Shown: one piece after another, positions 27,301-37,800 of the stretch
Layout of the letters: every line of letters starts with the position of its first letter
Numbering within the stretch: position 1 is the first letter of the stretch
From: an uncultured cyanobacterium
GTDB taxonomy: Bacteria > Cyanobacteriota > Cyanobacteriia > Cyanobacteriales > Nostocaceae
Length of the DNA stretch: 64,000 bases
Direction of reading: 5' to 3'
Assembly: GCA_963740315.1 (NCBI GenBank)
Contig: CAVUDP010000001.1
Location: 544,001-608,000, forward strand
The notes under the pieces: model-generated
Told to the model about the DNA's origin: nothing
The model's database searches: none
The model's input: the letters and a program-made list of their open reading frames with translations, nothing else
Translations under genes and position numbers: made by a program

Positions 27301-28718
27301 TATATTTCAACAACTGCTCTTACTTGTAAATTAGTAAATCTCGCTGCTTTTTCGCTGGATTCATCGTCTAATCGCACGTGAACTTCTATGACTCTTGAAT
27401 CTATATTTGTTGATGGATCGCTATTAACTACATTTTGCCGCAATACCTGCAAGCCAATTCGATCCACAATACCCTTCAATTTACCCGGTACTGCATCAGC
27501 TAAAAGTTCTACTTCTTGTCCCAAACGTATTTTGTTAACGTCGCTTTGGTAAACTTCTACTACTGCGTACATAGTGCTAGTTTGACCAATCTCGACTATT
27601 CCTTTGTTGGAAACTTTTTCCCCAGGACGAGTATTAATGTCAAATATTTGACCGCTTTGAGGGGAACGCACGTAAGCTTGTTTTAAGTTTGCTTCTGCCC
27701 GATTCATTGCTGCTACAGCACGGTTGACTTCTGCTTGAGCAACTAATACATCTACGGGACGAACTTCTGTAACGCTTTCTAATGTTGCTTTACCTTGATT
27801 TATCTGTTGTTCTAAAGATGATTGAATCCGCTCTAAATTAGCTTTTGCTTCTGCTACTTGCTGCTCTTTAGATGATTGAATGCGTTCTAAATTCGCTTGT
27901 GCTTCTGCTACTTGCTGTTCTTTAGAAGCTTTAATCAGCTGTAGATTTGCTCTAGCTTCCGTTAACTGCTCTTTTGCTGTTTGTAAAACTAGATTCTTGG
28001 TATCCTTTAAAGATGCTGAAATAGCTCCTGCTTTATACAATCCTTGATAACGCTGATTTTCTAAGCGAGCATTTTCTAACTGTGCCTCTAAACGAGCAAT
28101 AGTTGCTCTTTGCGCTTCTATTTCTCTAGCTCTTTCAGCTTGCAAACGAGCCACTGCTGCAAGTTGAGCTTTAGTTTCAGTACTTTTTTCAACTTGTAAT
28201 CGATTGACGGCTGCTTGTTGAGCTTTAATTTCGGTGGTTTTTTCCGCCTGTAAACGAGCAACACCAGCTTTTTGTGCGTCGATGTCTCCTGTTTTTGCGC
28301 CTGCTTTTACCTTCTTCAGATTTGCCTGAGCGACTCTTACGTTTTCTTTCGCTTCTTTCAAAGCAGCCATCAAGCGATCGCGACTATCTAAAATCGCTAT
28401 TACCTGATCTGTTTGTACTTTGTCTCCTTCCCTTACCAGCAGCTGCTCAACTCGACTTCCTTCTGCTCCCATCGCCGGAGCAGATAGCTGAATTACTTCT
28501 CCTTTGGGTTCGAGTCTTCCCAGTGCTGTCACCGTTTCTATCTGTGGAATTGCTGGAATTGGTGTTTGCGGTTTTTGTGCTACCTCTCCACCTTTAAACT
28601 TTTGCAGCGTGTAAATACTGGCTCCACCCATCGCAAAAGCCGCTACCGTCACTATTAACCGCGACGAGCGAGAAACTTCTGGAGACTGTGAGTTGTCTAA
28701 TCGAAGGTCATCTAACAT
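27300..28718 (-). CDS. devB: DevB family membrane fusion protein
   Basis: VTALGRLEP, LLVREGD, long coiled coil, EVRPVDV and VEVYQSD motifs. Confidence 0.9.
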   Translation of the reverse strand: MLDDLRLDNSQSPEVSRSSRLIVTVAAFAMGGASIYTLQKFKGGEVAQKPQTPIPAIPQIETVTALGRLEPKGEVIQLSAPAMGAEGSRVEQLLVREGDKVQTDQVIAILDSRDRLMAALKEAKENVRVAQANLKKVKAGAKTGDIDAQKAGVARLQAEKTTEIKAQQAAVNRLQVEKSTETKAQLAAVARLQAERAREIEAQRATIARLEAQLENARLENQRYQGLYKAGAISASLKDTKNLVLQTAKEQLTEARANLQLIKASKEQQVAEAQANLERIQSSKEQQVAEAKANLERIQSSLEQQINQGKATLESVTEVRPVDVLVAQAEVNRAVAAMNRAEANLKQAYVRSPQSGQIFDINTRPGEKVSNKGIVEIGQTSTMYAVVEVYQSDVNKIRLGQEVELLADAVPGKLKGIVDRIGLQVLRQNVVNSDPSTNIDSRVIEVHVRLDDESSEKAARFTNLQVRAVVEI

Positions 28719-28768
28719 GGCATCCCAAGAAATACTGAATTTTTATTATTTCTTATTTATAATACAAT

Positions 28769-28794
28769 TAAACTAAACCGACTAGTTTAGTTTA
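28769..28794. promoter_or_regulatory. Putative TetR operator palindrome
   Basis: TAAACTAAAC-N6-GTTTAGTTTA between divergent devB and tetR. Confidence 0.65.
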
Positions 28795-29028
28795 GTTTTG
28801 CTTCTGATAGGTTTCACGGATGCACGAACAGGTAAGTATAAACTTAGTCTATTTTTGACAGCAAATCTATAACGGTTTTATGCGGAAAATATACATATTT
28901 TTAGTAAATAGAGAAACTATAGAAAATAATATTTTATGTTAGGTATGTATGCCTACTTTGTATAATTTTCCGTTCCGTTTGTTTTTACTTTATCCCCATG
29001 CGATCGCTCAACTAAAAATAAGTCAAAA

Positions 29029-29646
29029 ATGAAACTATTGAAACTTAGCGAAACTCACACCGAAAATTCAAAAGACAAAGTAGAGCAAATCCTACAAGGA
29101 GCGATGCAGGAATTTTTGGTGCATGGCTACGCTGGTACGAGCATGGATAAAGTAGCAGCGTCGGGAGGTGTTTCAAAAGCAACTGTCTACAGCTACTTTC
29201 AAGATAAACAAGGACTTTTTAAAGCGCTGGTAGAAAGATTAGCAAAAGAAAGATTTCAATCAGTTTTTGGAACTGAGGATTTAGTTGGAGAACCAAAAGT
29301 TGTACTGCACGAGCTAGTAGTTAAAGCATTAAATGAGATGCTCCTCGATGACGAGTATATGGCATTTATGCGGGTATTAATTGGAGAATCGGGGCGTTTT
29401 CCAGAAATGGCTCAATTTTGTGTTGCCAGCTTAGTAAAACCTGCTATAGATACTCTTCACCATTATTTATCATCTCATCCCGAACTAAATATATCCGATC
29501 CAGAAGCTACAGCAAGAATTATCATAGGTTCGCTAGTTCACTTTGTAATGACTCAGAAAATGATGCACGGTGCGGATATTTTACCAATGGAAAGTCATCG
29601 TTTAACAGATAGTTTGACAGATTTATTGTTAGGAATTAGGAGTTAG
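29029..29646 (+). CDS. TetR/AcrR family transcriptional regulator
   Basis: GYAGTSMDKVA..GVSKATVYSYF HTH; GESGRFPE. Confidence 0.93.
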   Translation: MKLLKLSETHTENSKDKVEQILQGAMQEFLVHGYAGTSMDKVAASGGVSKATVYSYFQDKQGLFKALVERLAKERFQSVFGTEDLVGEPKVVLHELVVKALNEMLLDDEYMAFMRVLIGESGRFPEMAQFCVASLVKPAIDTLHHYLSSHPELNISDPEATARIIIGSLVHFVMTQKMMHGADILPMESHRLTDSLTDLLLGIRS

Positions 29647-29681
29647 GAATTAGGAGTTAAGAGTTAAGAGTTAGGAGTAAT

Positions 29682-30374
29682 TTAACCTTTAACCTTTAAA
29701 CTTGTTTCTATTTCTGTTCTTAGATTATTTCGTGCAATTTTCTCTTTTGTCTGCTGCATTAATGGAGTAAAGTAAATATTTTCCCGTTGTAAGAAATTTT
29801 GTAATATTCGTGTTCTAGCTGCAAAGTATTCTGCTTCCGGTACCCAGATGTATTCTTGACGAATTGCCTGAGTATATTTACTGTATTTATCGGGATTGCT
29901 GCCTAGTATTGCTAAATCTGCATCTAATAATACTTGAGCGTTGCGATAAGCCGGAGGCTTGACGCTCCGCGTAACGCTAGTTTTAACTTGATGATTTTTG
30001 GTTGTTAGAATCAAGCGTTTAACGTTTTTAATCACATCAGACGGAATTGATAACGACGAAAGAACGGATACAGCGTATTCAGCGCTTTTTTCTTCGTTAT
30101 CTTTTGAAGAGGTATCGTAAACTATGTCATGAAACCAAGCAGCAAGTTTAACAGTTTTGGGTTCAGAATTTTGAGTTTGAGATTCTAATATTTGAATTAC
30201 TTCTAAAACGCGATCGATGTGTTCTAAAGTATGATAGTAGCGATTTGGACTTGAGTAACTTTCAACTATTTGAGTAAAAGTTTTTTCCGCCGCAGCTTGG
30301 TTAATATCAAAACTTTGCAGTAATTGCCGCCAATCCTGGAATAATTTATCTGTAATTTCATAGGAATTGGGCAT
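29682..30374 (-). CDS. HD-superfamily metal-dependent phosphohydrolase with a 9-aa in-frame insertion
   Basis: RYYHTLEH, AWFHD, NEEKSA, LLDADLAILG and IRQEY motifs. Confidence 0.88.
   Translation of the reverse strand: MPNSYEITDKLFQDWRQLLQSFDINQAAAEKTFTQIVESYSSPNRYYHTLEHIDRVLEVIQILESQTQNSEPKTVKLAAWFHDIVYDTSSKDNEEKSAEYAVSVLSSLSIPSDVIKNVKRLILTTKNHQVKTSVTRSVKPPAYRNAQVLLDADLAILGSNPDKYSKYTQAIRQEYIWVPEAEYFAARTRILQNFLQRENIYFTPLMQQTKEKIARNNLRTEIETSLKVKG
29943..29977. mobile_element. Very small dispersed repeat inserted in a HIP1 site inside the HD gene
   Basis: GCGAT-AAGCCGGAGGCTTGACGCTCCGCGT-AACGC: GC-rich double mini-hairpin bounded by HIP1 halves. Confidence 0.7.
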
Positions 30375-30480
30375 AACATATAAGAATCTAGATGATTTGC
30401 ATAGCTTTACGAAGCATTACGACATTCTTAATAATTAACTTTAACATGCAGACCTTTAACATGCAGACCTTTAACCTGAT

Positions 30481-31089
30481 TTAATTAGGTTGAAACATAA
30501 ACCAGTTTTTGACGTTTTCTAATTCTACTGTATTAGAAACACCATAACCAAAACGTTGATAATAGGCGACATTTTCTTGTGTTTGAGTATCAAGAGCAAC
30601 ACCGTGAGAATCGGGATTTTGTTCTGACATTTGATGTACTTGTGAAAGAATTGCGCTACCAATCCCTTTTCTTTGACTTTGCGGATGTACACCGAGAGCG
30701 TTGATGTAGAAATGAGGAGAAGAGGGTTTATTTGCCTTTTTTAAATTAGAATACGCTTCGATTCGCATCAGAGCTTCTTCTCCAATTGCCATTGCAAATT
30801 CTTCTTCTGAAGATGTTGGTGTACTTTCAACATCGTTATTCTTTTGTTTTTGCGGGGGAGTTATAAAAGCAACTCCTTGCAATTTTCCTTCAATAAAAGC
30901 ACCTAGAAGCAAATTATCAACAATAGATTCTTCATCGCACATTGATTTTAACAAGTGTTTCATCGATTGATTATATGCATTGCCAAAGAAGTATTGCATG
31001 AGTGGATAGTTTTCAAAGGTATTGAAAAATATTTCAATAATATTTTCTGTATGTTTTGTATTTAAACGAGCGATTTGGATGTTAGACAT
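30481..31089 (-). CDS. GNAT family N-acetyltransferase
   Basis: HFYINALGVHPQSQRKGIGS and NVAYYQRFGY motifs. Confidence 0.88.
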   Translation of the reverse strand: MSNIQIARLNTKHTENIIEIFFNTFENYPLMQYFFGNAYNQSMKHLLKSMCDEESIVDNLLLGAFIEGKLQGVAFITPPQKQKNNDVESTPTSSEEEFAMAIGEEALMRIEAYSNLKKANKPSSPHFYINALGVHPQSQRKGIGSAILSQVHQMSEQNPDSHGVALDTQTQENVAYYQRFGYGVSNTVELENVKNWFMFQPN

Positions 31090-31329
31090 TTTTTTGAGTA
31101 ATGATATTAGATTAGATTAAATACTTGTTATTAATAGGACTTAGCAAAAAGGCACATTTTTATTGTAGGGTGTGTGACGCCGCCTCGAAAATTTGAACGT
31201 AGCAATAAGGTTTGTAGCGTCACGCACCATCAACCATTTGTGACGATATCGTAAGTCTTATAAATATTAGATTTTATAGTAGTTCCAATTATTTTTGGTA
31301 GTGCGAGCATCTTGCTCGCTAGTTATAAC

Positions 31330-31386
31330 GTAATCAGCAAGATGCAATGTAATCAGCAAGATGCAATGTAATCAGCAAGATGCAAC
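31330..31386. repeat. Three tandem copies of the 19-mer GTAATCAGCAAGATGCAAT
   Basis: Seen directly; follows a GTAGTGCGAGCATCTTGCTCGC REP-like arm. Confidence 0.85.
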
Positions 31387-31543
31387 GTAAAAAGAAACCC
31401 GGTAAAAGTCGTGAAAACGTGAATATCTCGTTGTGAAATCACAAAGAAACCGGGTTTCTGAAACTGGTGCAAGATTTGCGTTACGGCATGATTAAATCAG
31501 TAATGTTAAAGAATATATAGTCGTGCCGCAGGACACCCTACAA

Positions 31544-31725
31544 TAGACATCTCCAGAAATGAAAAAGACCTCTCTCCAAACCTCTCTCCTACGACGAGAG
31601 AGGCTTAAGTTTCCCCCTTCCCATGACCTAAGAGGTCACGCTACGCCCTCCGTAGGGAAGGGGGGTAGGGGGTTAGGTTTTTGCGTAAAGAAGGAAACCA
31701 CATAAATTTTTTCCGGAGATGTCTA
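31544..31725. mobile_element. MITE-like element with TAGACATCTCC(A/G)GAAA terminal inverted repeats
   Basis: TAGACATCTCCAGAAA ... TTTCCGGAGATGTCTA; partial copy at about 24925-25037. Confidence 0.7.
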
Positions 31726-31858
31726 ATTGAAAAAACTACTGGGTCCAACTTTTATCTAACGCAACAGCTATTTAACAAAGAAATGCTAAACAACTTTTGT
31801 ATCAAGACAAAAATTAAACCCAGTAAAAAAGTGTTATTTATTTCTTGAAATTAAGAAC

Positions 31859-32629
31859 TTAGAAGCGGTTGCCGCCTCCACGAGAAGGTACTAAGTTTAA
31901 GTAATCTAAGCTGGAAGCCTTGATGGTTTGAGCGTAGTTACCTTTATTGCTAACAGAAGCAGCCATGTCCGCATATTTACGGGGGTCGCCTTCAGAAAGT
32001 CGCTGGTTTTTAGCTTTTTCGGAGTAGAATTTATCCAAGGTAAAGCGCCAGTCGGTTTTGACGGTTCCGGCGGTTTCTCGGAAGTCTTCGTTGTAACGAG
32101 GAGTTACCAAGTTAAAAGGACGACCTTCCATGCGTTTGCGCTGGTAAGGTACGGTGTTATCGCCGAAGCTGTTGGTATACTCTTCGCTATCCACAAGGGC
32201 ATTAACAAAGCCGTCGAAACCTAAAGTCGCAATTTTGATTGACCAAGCAATTTCTTCTTCTTTATTGTAAGCCGCACGTCCTAATAAACGTCTGAGACAG
32301 ATATCTACTAAGCGATAGTTGTTGTTAACTTCAACTACTACGCGGTAAAAAGCTTCAGACTGGGCTAAACCACGAATAAAGTCGCGTGTTGTAATAGAAC
32401 CGTTTTTCAACTGAGATTCTAAATTCTTTTGGCGGTTAAAATTTAGAATTTCATGTTCGCTGAAAAGTTGACGATATCCTGCCCAAATGATGTTTTGAAT
32501 ATCGGTGTAGTCACCTACGTCTTCTAAACGATAGATATATGGTGTATCTTCGTTTCTGTCAGCTTTACCAAAGCTTTTGACTCTTTGATTTTGAGTGGTG
32601 GGTTTGTATTGAAGTAATGGCAATACCAT
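31859..32629 (-). CDS. cpcG: Phycobilisome rod-core linker (CpcG4-like)
   Basis: [15 protein letters not shown], linker domain, [10 protein letters not shown]; hydrophilic C-terminus. Confidence 0.92.
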   Translation of the reverse strand: MVLPLLQYKPTTQNQRVKSFGKADRNEDTPYIYRLEDVGDYTDIQNIIWAGYRQLFSEHEILNFNRQKNLESQLKNGSITTRDFIRGLAQSEAFYRVVVEVNNNYRLVDICLRRLLGRAAYNKEEEIAWSIKIATLGFDGFVNALVDSEEYTNSFGDNTVPYQRKRMEGRPFNLVTPRYNEDFRETAGTVKTDWRFTLDKFYSEKAKNQRLSEGDPRKYADMAASVSNKGNYAQTIKASSLDYLNLVPSRGGGNRF

Positions 32630-32705
32630 TTGCAATTATCCTCTGATTTTATTAAGTGTTTCAATCCTTTTACTTATTTTCCCTTATGACGGTCAAAGTA
32701 AATAA

Positions 32706-33449
32706 TTATCGCAAGGGGAAACTTGCCGTTGTACTTATAGAAACCGGAATTCCTTCGGGTTTGCTTTCTTTTGTCATGTCGGGAATTTCGATGTTAGCGG
32801 TGCTAACTGGCTTATGCTCGACTATTCTTATTGAAGCCGAATTCGCCATATCCAAGAAATTATTGATATCACCCCATTTGTAGCGACTAACTTCTTGCTT
32901 ATCGCGCCAATAGTCGGCGTAACGAGGAGTTACTAAGTTAAATGGTCTACCTTTGTAACGGCGACGTTGGTAGGGAACCGTATTTTCTCCAAAGTTAGTT
33001 TGATATTCTTCCGAATCAATCAAAGCATCAACGAAGTTACCCCAACCCAAGGTAGCAATCTTAATTGACCAAGCAATTTCTTCTTCTTTATTGTAAGGCG
33101 CACGTCCTAAAAGACGTTTGAGACAAATTTCAATCACGCGATAGTTGGAGTTTGTCTCAACTACCAAACGTCGAAATGATTCTGACTTCGCCAAACCCCG
33201 GATAAAATCGCGCACGGTAATTGCCCGATTCTTCAACTGAGATTCTAGATTCGATTGACGGTAAAACTTGAGAATTTCGTGTTCGCTGAATACTTGGCGA
33301 TATCCAGCCCAAATTAATTCCTGAATCTCGTCATAGTTAGGAGAATCTTCCAAGCGATAAATTCTAGGTGTATCTTCGCTGGGAACTTCATAACCCTCAA
33401 CCCGCTGGTTTTGAGAACTGGGTTTGTATTCTAATAGTGGAATTGACAT
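32706..33449 (-). CDS. cpcG2: Phycobilisome rod-core linker CpcG2
   Basis: [17 protein letters not shown] start, 247 aa, position in the operon. Confidence 0.9.
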   Translation of the reverse strand: MSIPLLEYKPSSQNQRVEGYEVPSEDTPRIYRLEDSPNYDEIQELIWAGYRQVFSEHEILKFYRQSNLESQLKNRAITVRDFIRGLAKSESFRRLVVETNSNYRVIEICLKRLLGRAPYNKEEEIAWSIKIATLGWGNFVDALIDSEEYQTNFGENTVPYQRRRYKGRPFNLVTPRYADYWRDKQEVSRYKWGDINNFLDMANSASIRIVEHKPVSTANIEIPDMTKESKPEGIPVSISTTASFPLR

Positions 33450-33660
33450 GGTTTTCTTAGGTTAAAGGTTAAAGGTCCAAAGGTTGGGAGCTAGGAGTGA
33501 GGAGTGAGGAGTTGTGTAATTTTGGATTTTGGATTTTGGATTTTGGATTTTGGATTTTGGATTGGGAATGAGGAGTTATTAATAATTATTTTCCCCTTGT
33601 CCCCTTGTCCCCTTGTCCCCTTGTCCCCCCATCTCCCCATCCCCCCATCTCCCCATCTCT

Positions 33661-34503
33661 TTAAGTAGTCTTCCTACCGGGTACGTAGCGGTAGGGTAAA
33701 GCAACTTCTGTAGGCTTGATGCTAACTTGAGGTGTGGTAGATTCGCGTGTCATATCCGGAATCTCCATGTTTCTAACTTGAGAAGTTACTGTAGCAATGG
33801 TTCTTTGGTAGTTCCGCTCTTCGGTTTTGATACCGCTAGCCATTGACATAAAGTTGCTGGGAATAACTTTGCGAATTTCTTCTCCGGTTGCGTAACCTCC
33901 CGATGTCCGAGCGGTGTAGTAAGAACCACCTCCATAATTCCGCATGGACAGACGGTTACGGAAGTCTGCACCGTAGCGGGGATTTACTAAGTTAAATGGT
34001 CTGCCTTCGTAACGGCGACGCTGGTAGGGTACGATGTCGTTACCGAAGTTCTGGCGGTACTCGTCGCTGTCTACTAAAGCATCGATAAATCCATGCAAAC
34101 CTTTGGTGGCAATAATAATTGACCAAGCTATTTGCTCTTTTTTGTTGTAGGTTGCACGCCCCAAAAACCGTTTGAAGCTGATATCAACTAAGCGGTAGTT
34201 GGAGTTGGTTTCTGCTACTTCTTCCCGGTAAACGTCTGTCTTTCCTAAACCTCGGATGAAATCGCGCACGTCGATCGCCCGATTCCGCATTTGCGATTCT
34301 AGATAGGGTTGGCGATATGTCTGTAATATCAAGTGTTCGCTGAAAATTTGACGATAACCAGCCCAGATGATTTCATCAATATCTTGATCTGAGGTGGCAT
34401 CTGTCAATCTATACATAAGGGGCGTGTCTTCGCTAGGCACTTCATAGCCTTCGACACGCTGATTTTGAGAACTGGGTTTATAATCAAGTACTGGGATTGA
34501 CAT
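33661..34503 (-). CDS. cpcG1: Phycobilisome rod-core linker CpcG1
   Basis: [17 protein letters not shown] start, 280 aa, ALPYRY near the C-terminus. Confidence 0.9.
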   Translation of the reverse strand: MSIPVLDYKPSSQNQRVEGYEVPSEDTPLMYRLTDATSDQDIDEIIWAGYRQIFSEHLILQTYRQPYLESQMRNRAIDVRDFIRGLGKTDVYREEVAETNSNYRLVDISFKRFLGRATYNKKEQIAWSIIIATKGLHGFIDALVDSDEYRQNFGNDIVPYQRRRYEGRPFNLVNPRYGADFRNRLSMRNYGGGSYYTARTSGGYATGEEIRKVIPSNFMSMASGIKTEERNYQRTIATVTSQVRNMEIPDMTRESTTPQVSIKPTEVALPYRYVPGRKTT

Positions 34504-34583
34504 AAGTATTATTTTATGTAATTGGACATCTGTAAAAATCCCCCCAACCCTCCCAATTTGCCGCTAATTTGAGGGGCTTTTTA

Positions 34584-35204
34584 TTAACTGGCGACTTGCT
34601 GTGTCGCTAAAACTACGCGGGCGCGAACGGCTGCTTCAGCATCGCTTGCACGCATTTGAGAAAACTTTGCTGCAATTTCCTGGTGTAAACTCGGAATTTT
34701 TGCTAACTCCTGCAAACCAACAACAGCAGCATAGCGAATTGCCCAGTCTGCATCTTGAGTAATTGAAAGCAGGGTGGAAAGTGCTTTTTTTTGCGCGATC
34801 GCCCGACAATTTTCATCGAGAAGGTGCCACTGTAAGCAACCCAGCCCTTTGGCAGCAGCCCGACGCACGCTAGGAGCAAAGTCTGTTTGGGCGGCTTCTA
34901 ATAATAAGTCTAAGGCATCGGGGTGAGCGATCGCTGCTAAGGTGCGAATTGAATAAGCTCGTGCGCCATAGTTATAATCATCAATTTGTTCGAGCAGTTG
35001 CGGTACGGCTATTTCCCCAAACTCTGTTAACCCAATAACCGCTATTACTGCGGCGGCGGGATTGTTATATCCAAATACGGCAATCAAAGTGGGAATTGCT
35101 GCCGTGTCTTTTACTGCTACTAAGTTGTTTACTGCCGACACCATTCCGACAGACGAATCAGCCTCGGTGACGGCGCGAATTAAGTTTGGGGTGTCGGCGA
35201 TCAT
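34584..35204 (-). CDS. cpcF: Phycocyanobilin lyase beta subunit
   Basis: HEAT repeats; GYNNP, YNYGARAY and DFAPSVRRAAAKGLG motifs. Confidence 0.93.
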   Translation of the reverse strand: MIADTPNLIRAVTEADSSVGMVSAVNNLVAVKDTAAIPTLIAVFGYNNPAAAVIAVIGLTEFGEIAVPQLLEQIDDYNYGARAYSIRTLAAIAHPDALDLLLEAAQTDFAPSVRRAAAKGLGCLQWHLLDENCRAIAQKKALSTLLSITQDADWAIRYAAVVGLQELAKIPSLHQEIAAKFSQMRASDAEAAVRARVVLATQQVAS

Positions 35205-35451
35205 GAATTTTAGATTTTAGATACTTCGGCAAGCTCAGCACAAGTTTTGGATTTTGGATTAAAAATATTTTGCTAAGATTTCGGATTTGGGAATTAGGGG
35301 TTAGGAGTTACGAGTTAGTTGTAAATAAAATATTACCGTTTGAATTAGGTTTTTGCGTCGTTTCGTGATTCTAATAAATGTGGATAAGACGTAGCAGTGC
35401 GGAACTCTCTACAAAGTGACTTGTAGGCAATCAAAATCAACTAACAACTAA

Positions 35452-36273
35452 CTATAAAAGCGAATCCATTAGTTGCATTAACTTGATGGCGTTATCGTTG
35501 AGGGTAAATGGTTCTCCTTGAAGCTGATTTTCCAGCAAACCCTTGAGGGCTATTAGTTTGAAGCTGTTTTCAACGGAGGCAGTTTTAATTGTGTCTGCTG
35601 CTTCCATATATCCCACGGCACCCAAATCACTTAATGCCATGCGACGCAGTTTCAAATCGCTGTTTTGCAATACTTGTACCAACCGCTCTCCATATTCTGG
35701 TTTTCTTGTTAATTGGTACATTGCTCTAGCGGCAGCACACTGCACCCGGATTACCGGATGTTCGAGAAATGGCTGAATAATATCTATAGTTTCAACTGCA
35801 CCAATTGCACCTAAAGCTTCTAATACTGCTTCGTAAGGCTGGGTTAAGTGAGGTCTTCCGGGTACTTTTACGGCTGCCTCTACACCTCCATCTAATAGCT
35901 GTAACAGTGCAGGAGTAGCGCTTGCATCGCCCAGCATTTCTAAAGATTGGGCTGCGGCTTCACGCACGTAAAAATCCGAGCATTCCAAGCATTTAATTAA
36001 ACCTGGTACCGCTCGGTTATCGCTTAATTTACCTAAAGCTCTTGCAGCATTACGTCGTAGAGGATAGCCCCCTAATTCCGTGCGATCGGCAACGTCAGCT
36101 AAAGCTGCAATTAAGGCATCAACGACTTCCGGATTATTGACGCGAAACTTACCCAGCCACCAAGCAGCATAATAGCGGAGACTTAAGTCTTCAGATTGCA
36201 GATTAACAATTGCTTGCTGTGGGGTGAGTTGTGGTGCGTTTTCTGTAGTATCTTCCGCACTCGGTTCAATCAT
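35452..36273 (-). CDS. cpcE: Phycocyanobilin lyase alpha subunit
   Basis: RYYAAWWLG, GGYPLRRNAARALG, PHLTQPYEA and ENSFKLIALKGLLE motifs. Confidence 0.94.
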   Translation of the reverse strand: MIEPSAEDTTENAPQLTPQQAIVNLQSEDLSLRYYAAWWLGKFRVNNPEVVDALIAALADVADRTELGGYPLRRNAARALGKLSDNRAVPGLIKCLECSDFYVREAAAQSLEMLGDASATPALLQLLDGGVEAAVKVPGRPHLTQPYEAVLEALGAIGAVETIDIIQPFLEHPVIRVQCAAARAMYQLTRKPEYGERLVQVLQNSDLKLRRMALSDLGAVGYMEAADTIKTASVENSFKLIALKGLLENQLQGEPFTLNDNAIKLMQLMDSLL

Positions 36274-36288
36274 CGCCCTCAAAATATA

Positions 36289-36585
36289 CTATTTTTTCTT
36301 TTCCGATTTAGATTTTTTTCCTTCAGATTCGCTATCAGGCTTAAGTGCAGATTCAGCGGTAACTTGCTCAATATTCAGAATCTTACCGCCCATGCGGGTA
36401 ATCCGCTGCATTTCTTCGTTCATGCGGTTGTATGGTACCGTCATGAATACGCTACCGCTACGACGAATTTGATAGTTATTCTTATCAGTTTCCTCGTTCT
36501 GACGTAAACCTACAACTTCATAACGAAACATCCGGCTTTTTGCACTAGAAATTCCGTTAGTACCAACTGTTGTTTGTCCGTACAT
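36289..36585 (-). CDS. cpcD: Rod-capping linker CpcD
   Basis: SRMFRYEVVGL...IRRSGS...VPYNRMNEEMQRITRMGGKI. Confidence 0.93.
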   Translation of the reverse strand: MYGQTTVGTNGISSAKSRMFRYEVVGLRQNEETDKNNYQIRRSGSVFMTVPYNRMNEEMQRITRMGGKILNIEQVTAESALKPDSESEGKKSKSEKKK

Positions 36586-36784
36586 TAAATTACTCCCCCG
36601 TTACGATTTTAGATTTTAGATTTTAGATTTTAGATTTTGGATTTTGGATTGAGAGTTAGGAGTGAGGAGTGAGGATCACCGGAGTTAGGACCACCGGAGT
36701 TAGGAGTTTTCTACCCCCTCTACCCCCTCTCCCCTTGTCTCCTTGTCTCCCCATCCCCCAATCTCCCCATCCCCCCCTCTCTCC

Positions 36785-37645
36785 CTAAGCTGGCGTTACG
36801 CTAACAATCTTCCCGCCTTGACGCACAATTTGCTGCATCTTATCTGAAAGGCGTTCGTAAGGTACGACGATCGCGTAGCTGCTGCGTCTGACTTTGGGAT
36901 ATTTTGGAAAAAGCTGACCTGTTACTTCGATGCGATACGAGCGATCGCCTGTTCCGACTGCATTTCCAATATTTTTTCTTGGTGATACATCGTTAGTTGC
37001 ACGGTAGTTCCAGTTACTGTTACTACCCGATGGTCCCACAATCGAAGACGCGCTGTTGGTTCCTAATTCTCTGGCTAAACGAGACTTGCTGCCTTCTACC
37101 TGAGCGCGATCGCTATTTGCATAACCCCGGTATAAACGGAACATCCGGTTAAAACCGACAGTTTTCTGTCCCGGTTGGGTTGAAAATCCGCGATAGTAAG
37201 GTACTATGTTATCTCCGAAATTTTCCGTATACTCCATCGAGTCTATGTATGAGTCTATGTCAACGTCGTACCCTTTGTTATGGTACACATCGTTGTGATA
37301 GCTTACTTCCGACTCATCGTAAGGAGCGCGTCCTAATAAATGTTTGTAGTTTAATTCGATAAACCGAGTCTGGAAACTGTTGTAGAAAAACTTATTCTTA
37401 TACAATTCAGATTTTGCTACCGCACGCACAAACTCGCGCACTGTCATATTTCCATCACACAAAAGTGACTCTGCACTTTTGAGTCTTTCCGCAGCCATTA
37501 AATAATCATTACCTAAAAGCTGCAAATATACCGCACGAATTACGCCTTGTACATCTTCCTTTGTGGCGTTCGGACGTAATTCGACTCTTGGTAACTCATC
37601 AAAGGCTTCCGTTCCCAGCCTGGATGCTGCTGATGTAATCGCCAT
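36785..37645 (-). CDS. cpcC: Phycocyanin rod linker CpcC
   Basis: [37 protein letters not shown] and a CpcD-like C-terminal domain. Confidence 0.94.
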   Translation of the reverse strand: MAITSAASRLGTEAFDELPRVELRPNATKEDVQGVIRAVYLQLLGNDYLMAAERLKSAESLLCDGNMTVREFVRAVAKSELYKNKFFYNSFQTRFIELNYKHLLGRAPYDESEVSYHNDVYHNKGYDVDIDSYIDSMEYTENFGDNIVPYYRGFSTQPGQKTVGFNRMFRLYRGYANSDRAQVEGSKSRLARELGTNSASSIVGPSGSNSNWNYRATNDVSPRKNIGNAVGTGDRSYRIEVTGQLFPKYPKVRRSSYAIVVPYERLSDKMQQIVRQGGKIVSVTPA

Positions 37646-37728
37646 TGTTAATATCCCCTTTATTTTCCCGCTTGCAGTTGAAGCGATTTTTGATAAAATT
37701 TTTTATCTAACTAACTGTCAAAAACAAT

Positions 37729-37790
37729 GCCCGGAAACCGATACAACTGCTAGGTGATAAACCCCATCCAGCAGCACCACTCTCCGGGCA
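37729..37790 (-). terminator. Stem-loop after cpcA (partial terminator or mRNA stabiliser)
   Basis: GCCCGGA...TCCGGGC closing stem with an inner CTGCT/AGCAG stem. Confidence 0.55.
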
Positions 37791-37800
37791 GAACGCTCTA

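Noticed and set aside
31330..31386. Three 19-nt repeats as a mini-CRISPR
   Set aside because: Head-to-tail with no spacers; a simple tandem duplication.
36289..36350. Charged C-terminal extension on CpcD
   Set aside because: Short low-complexity tail with no evidence of function.
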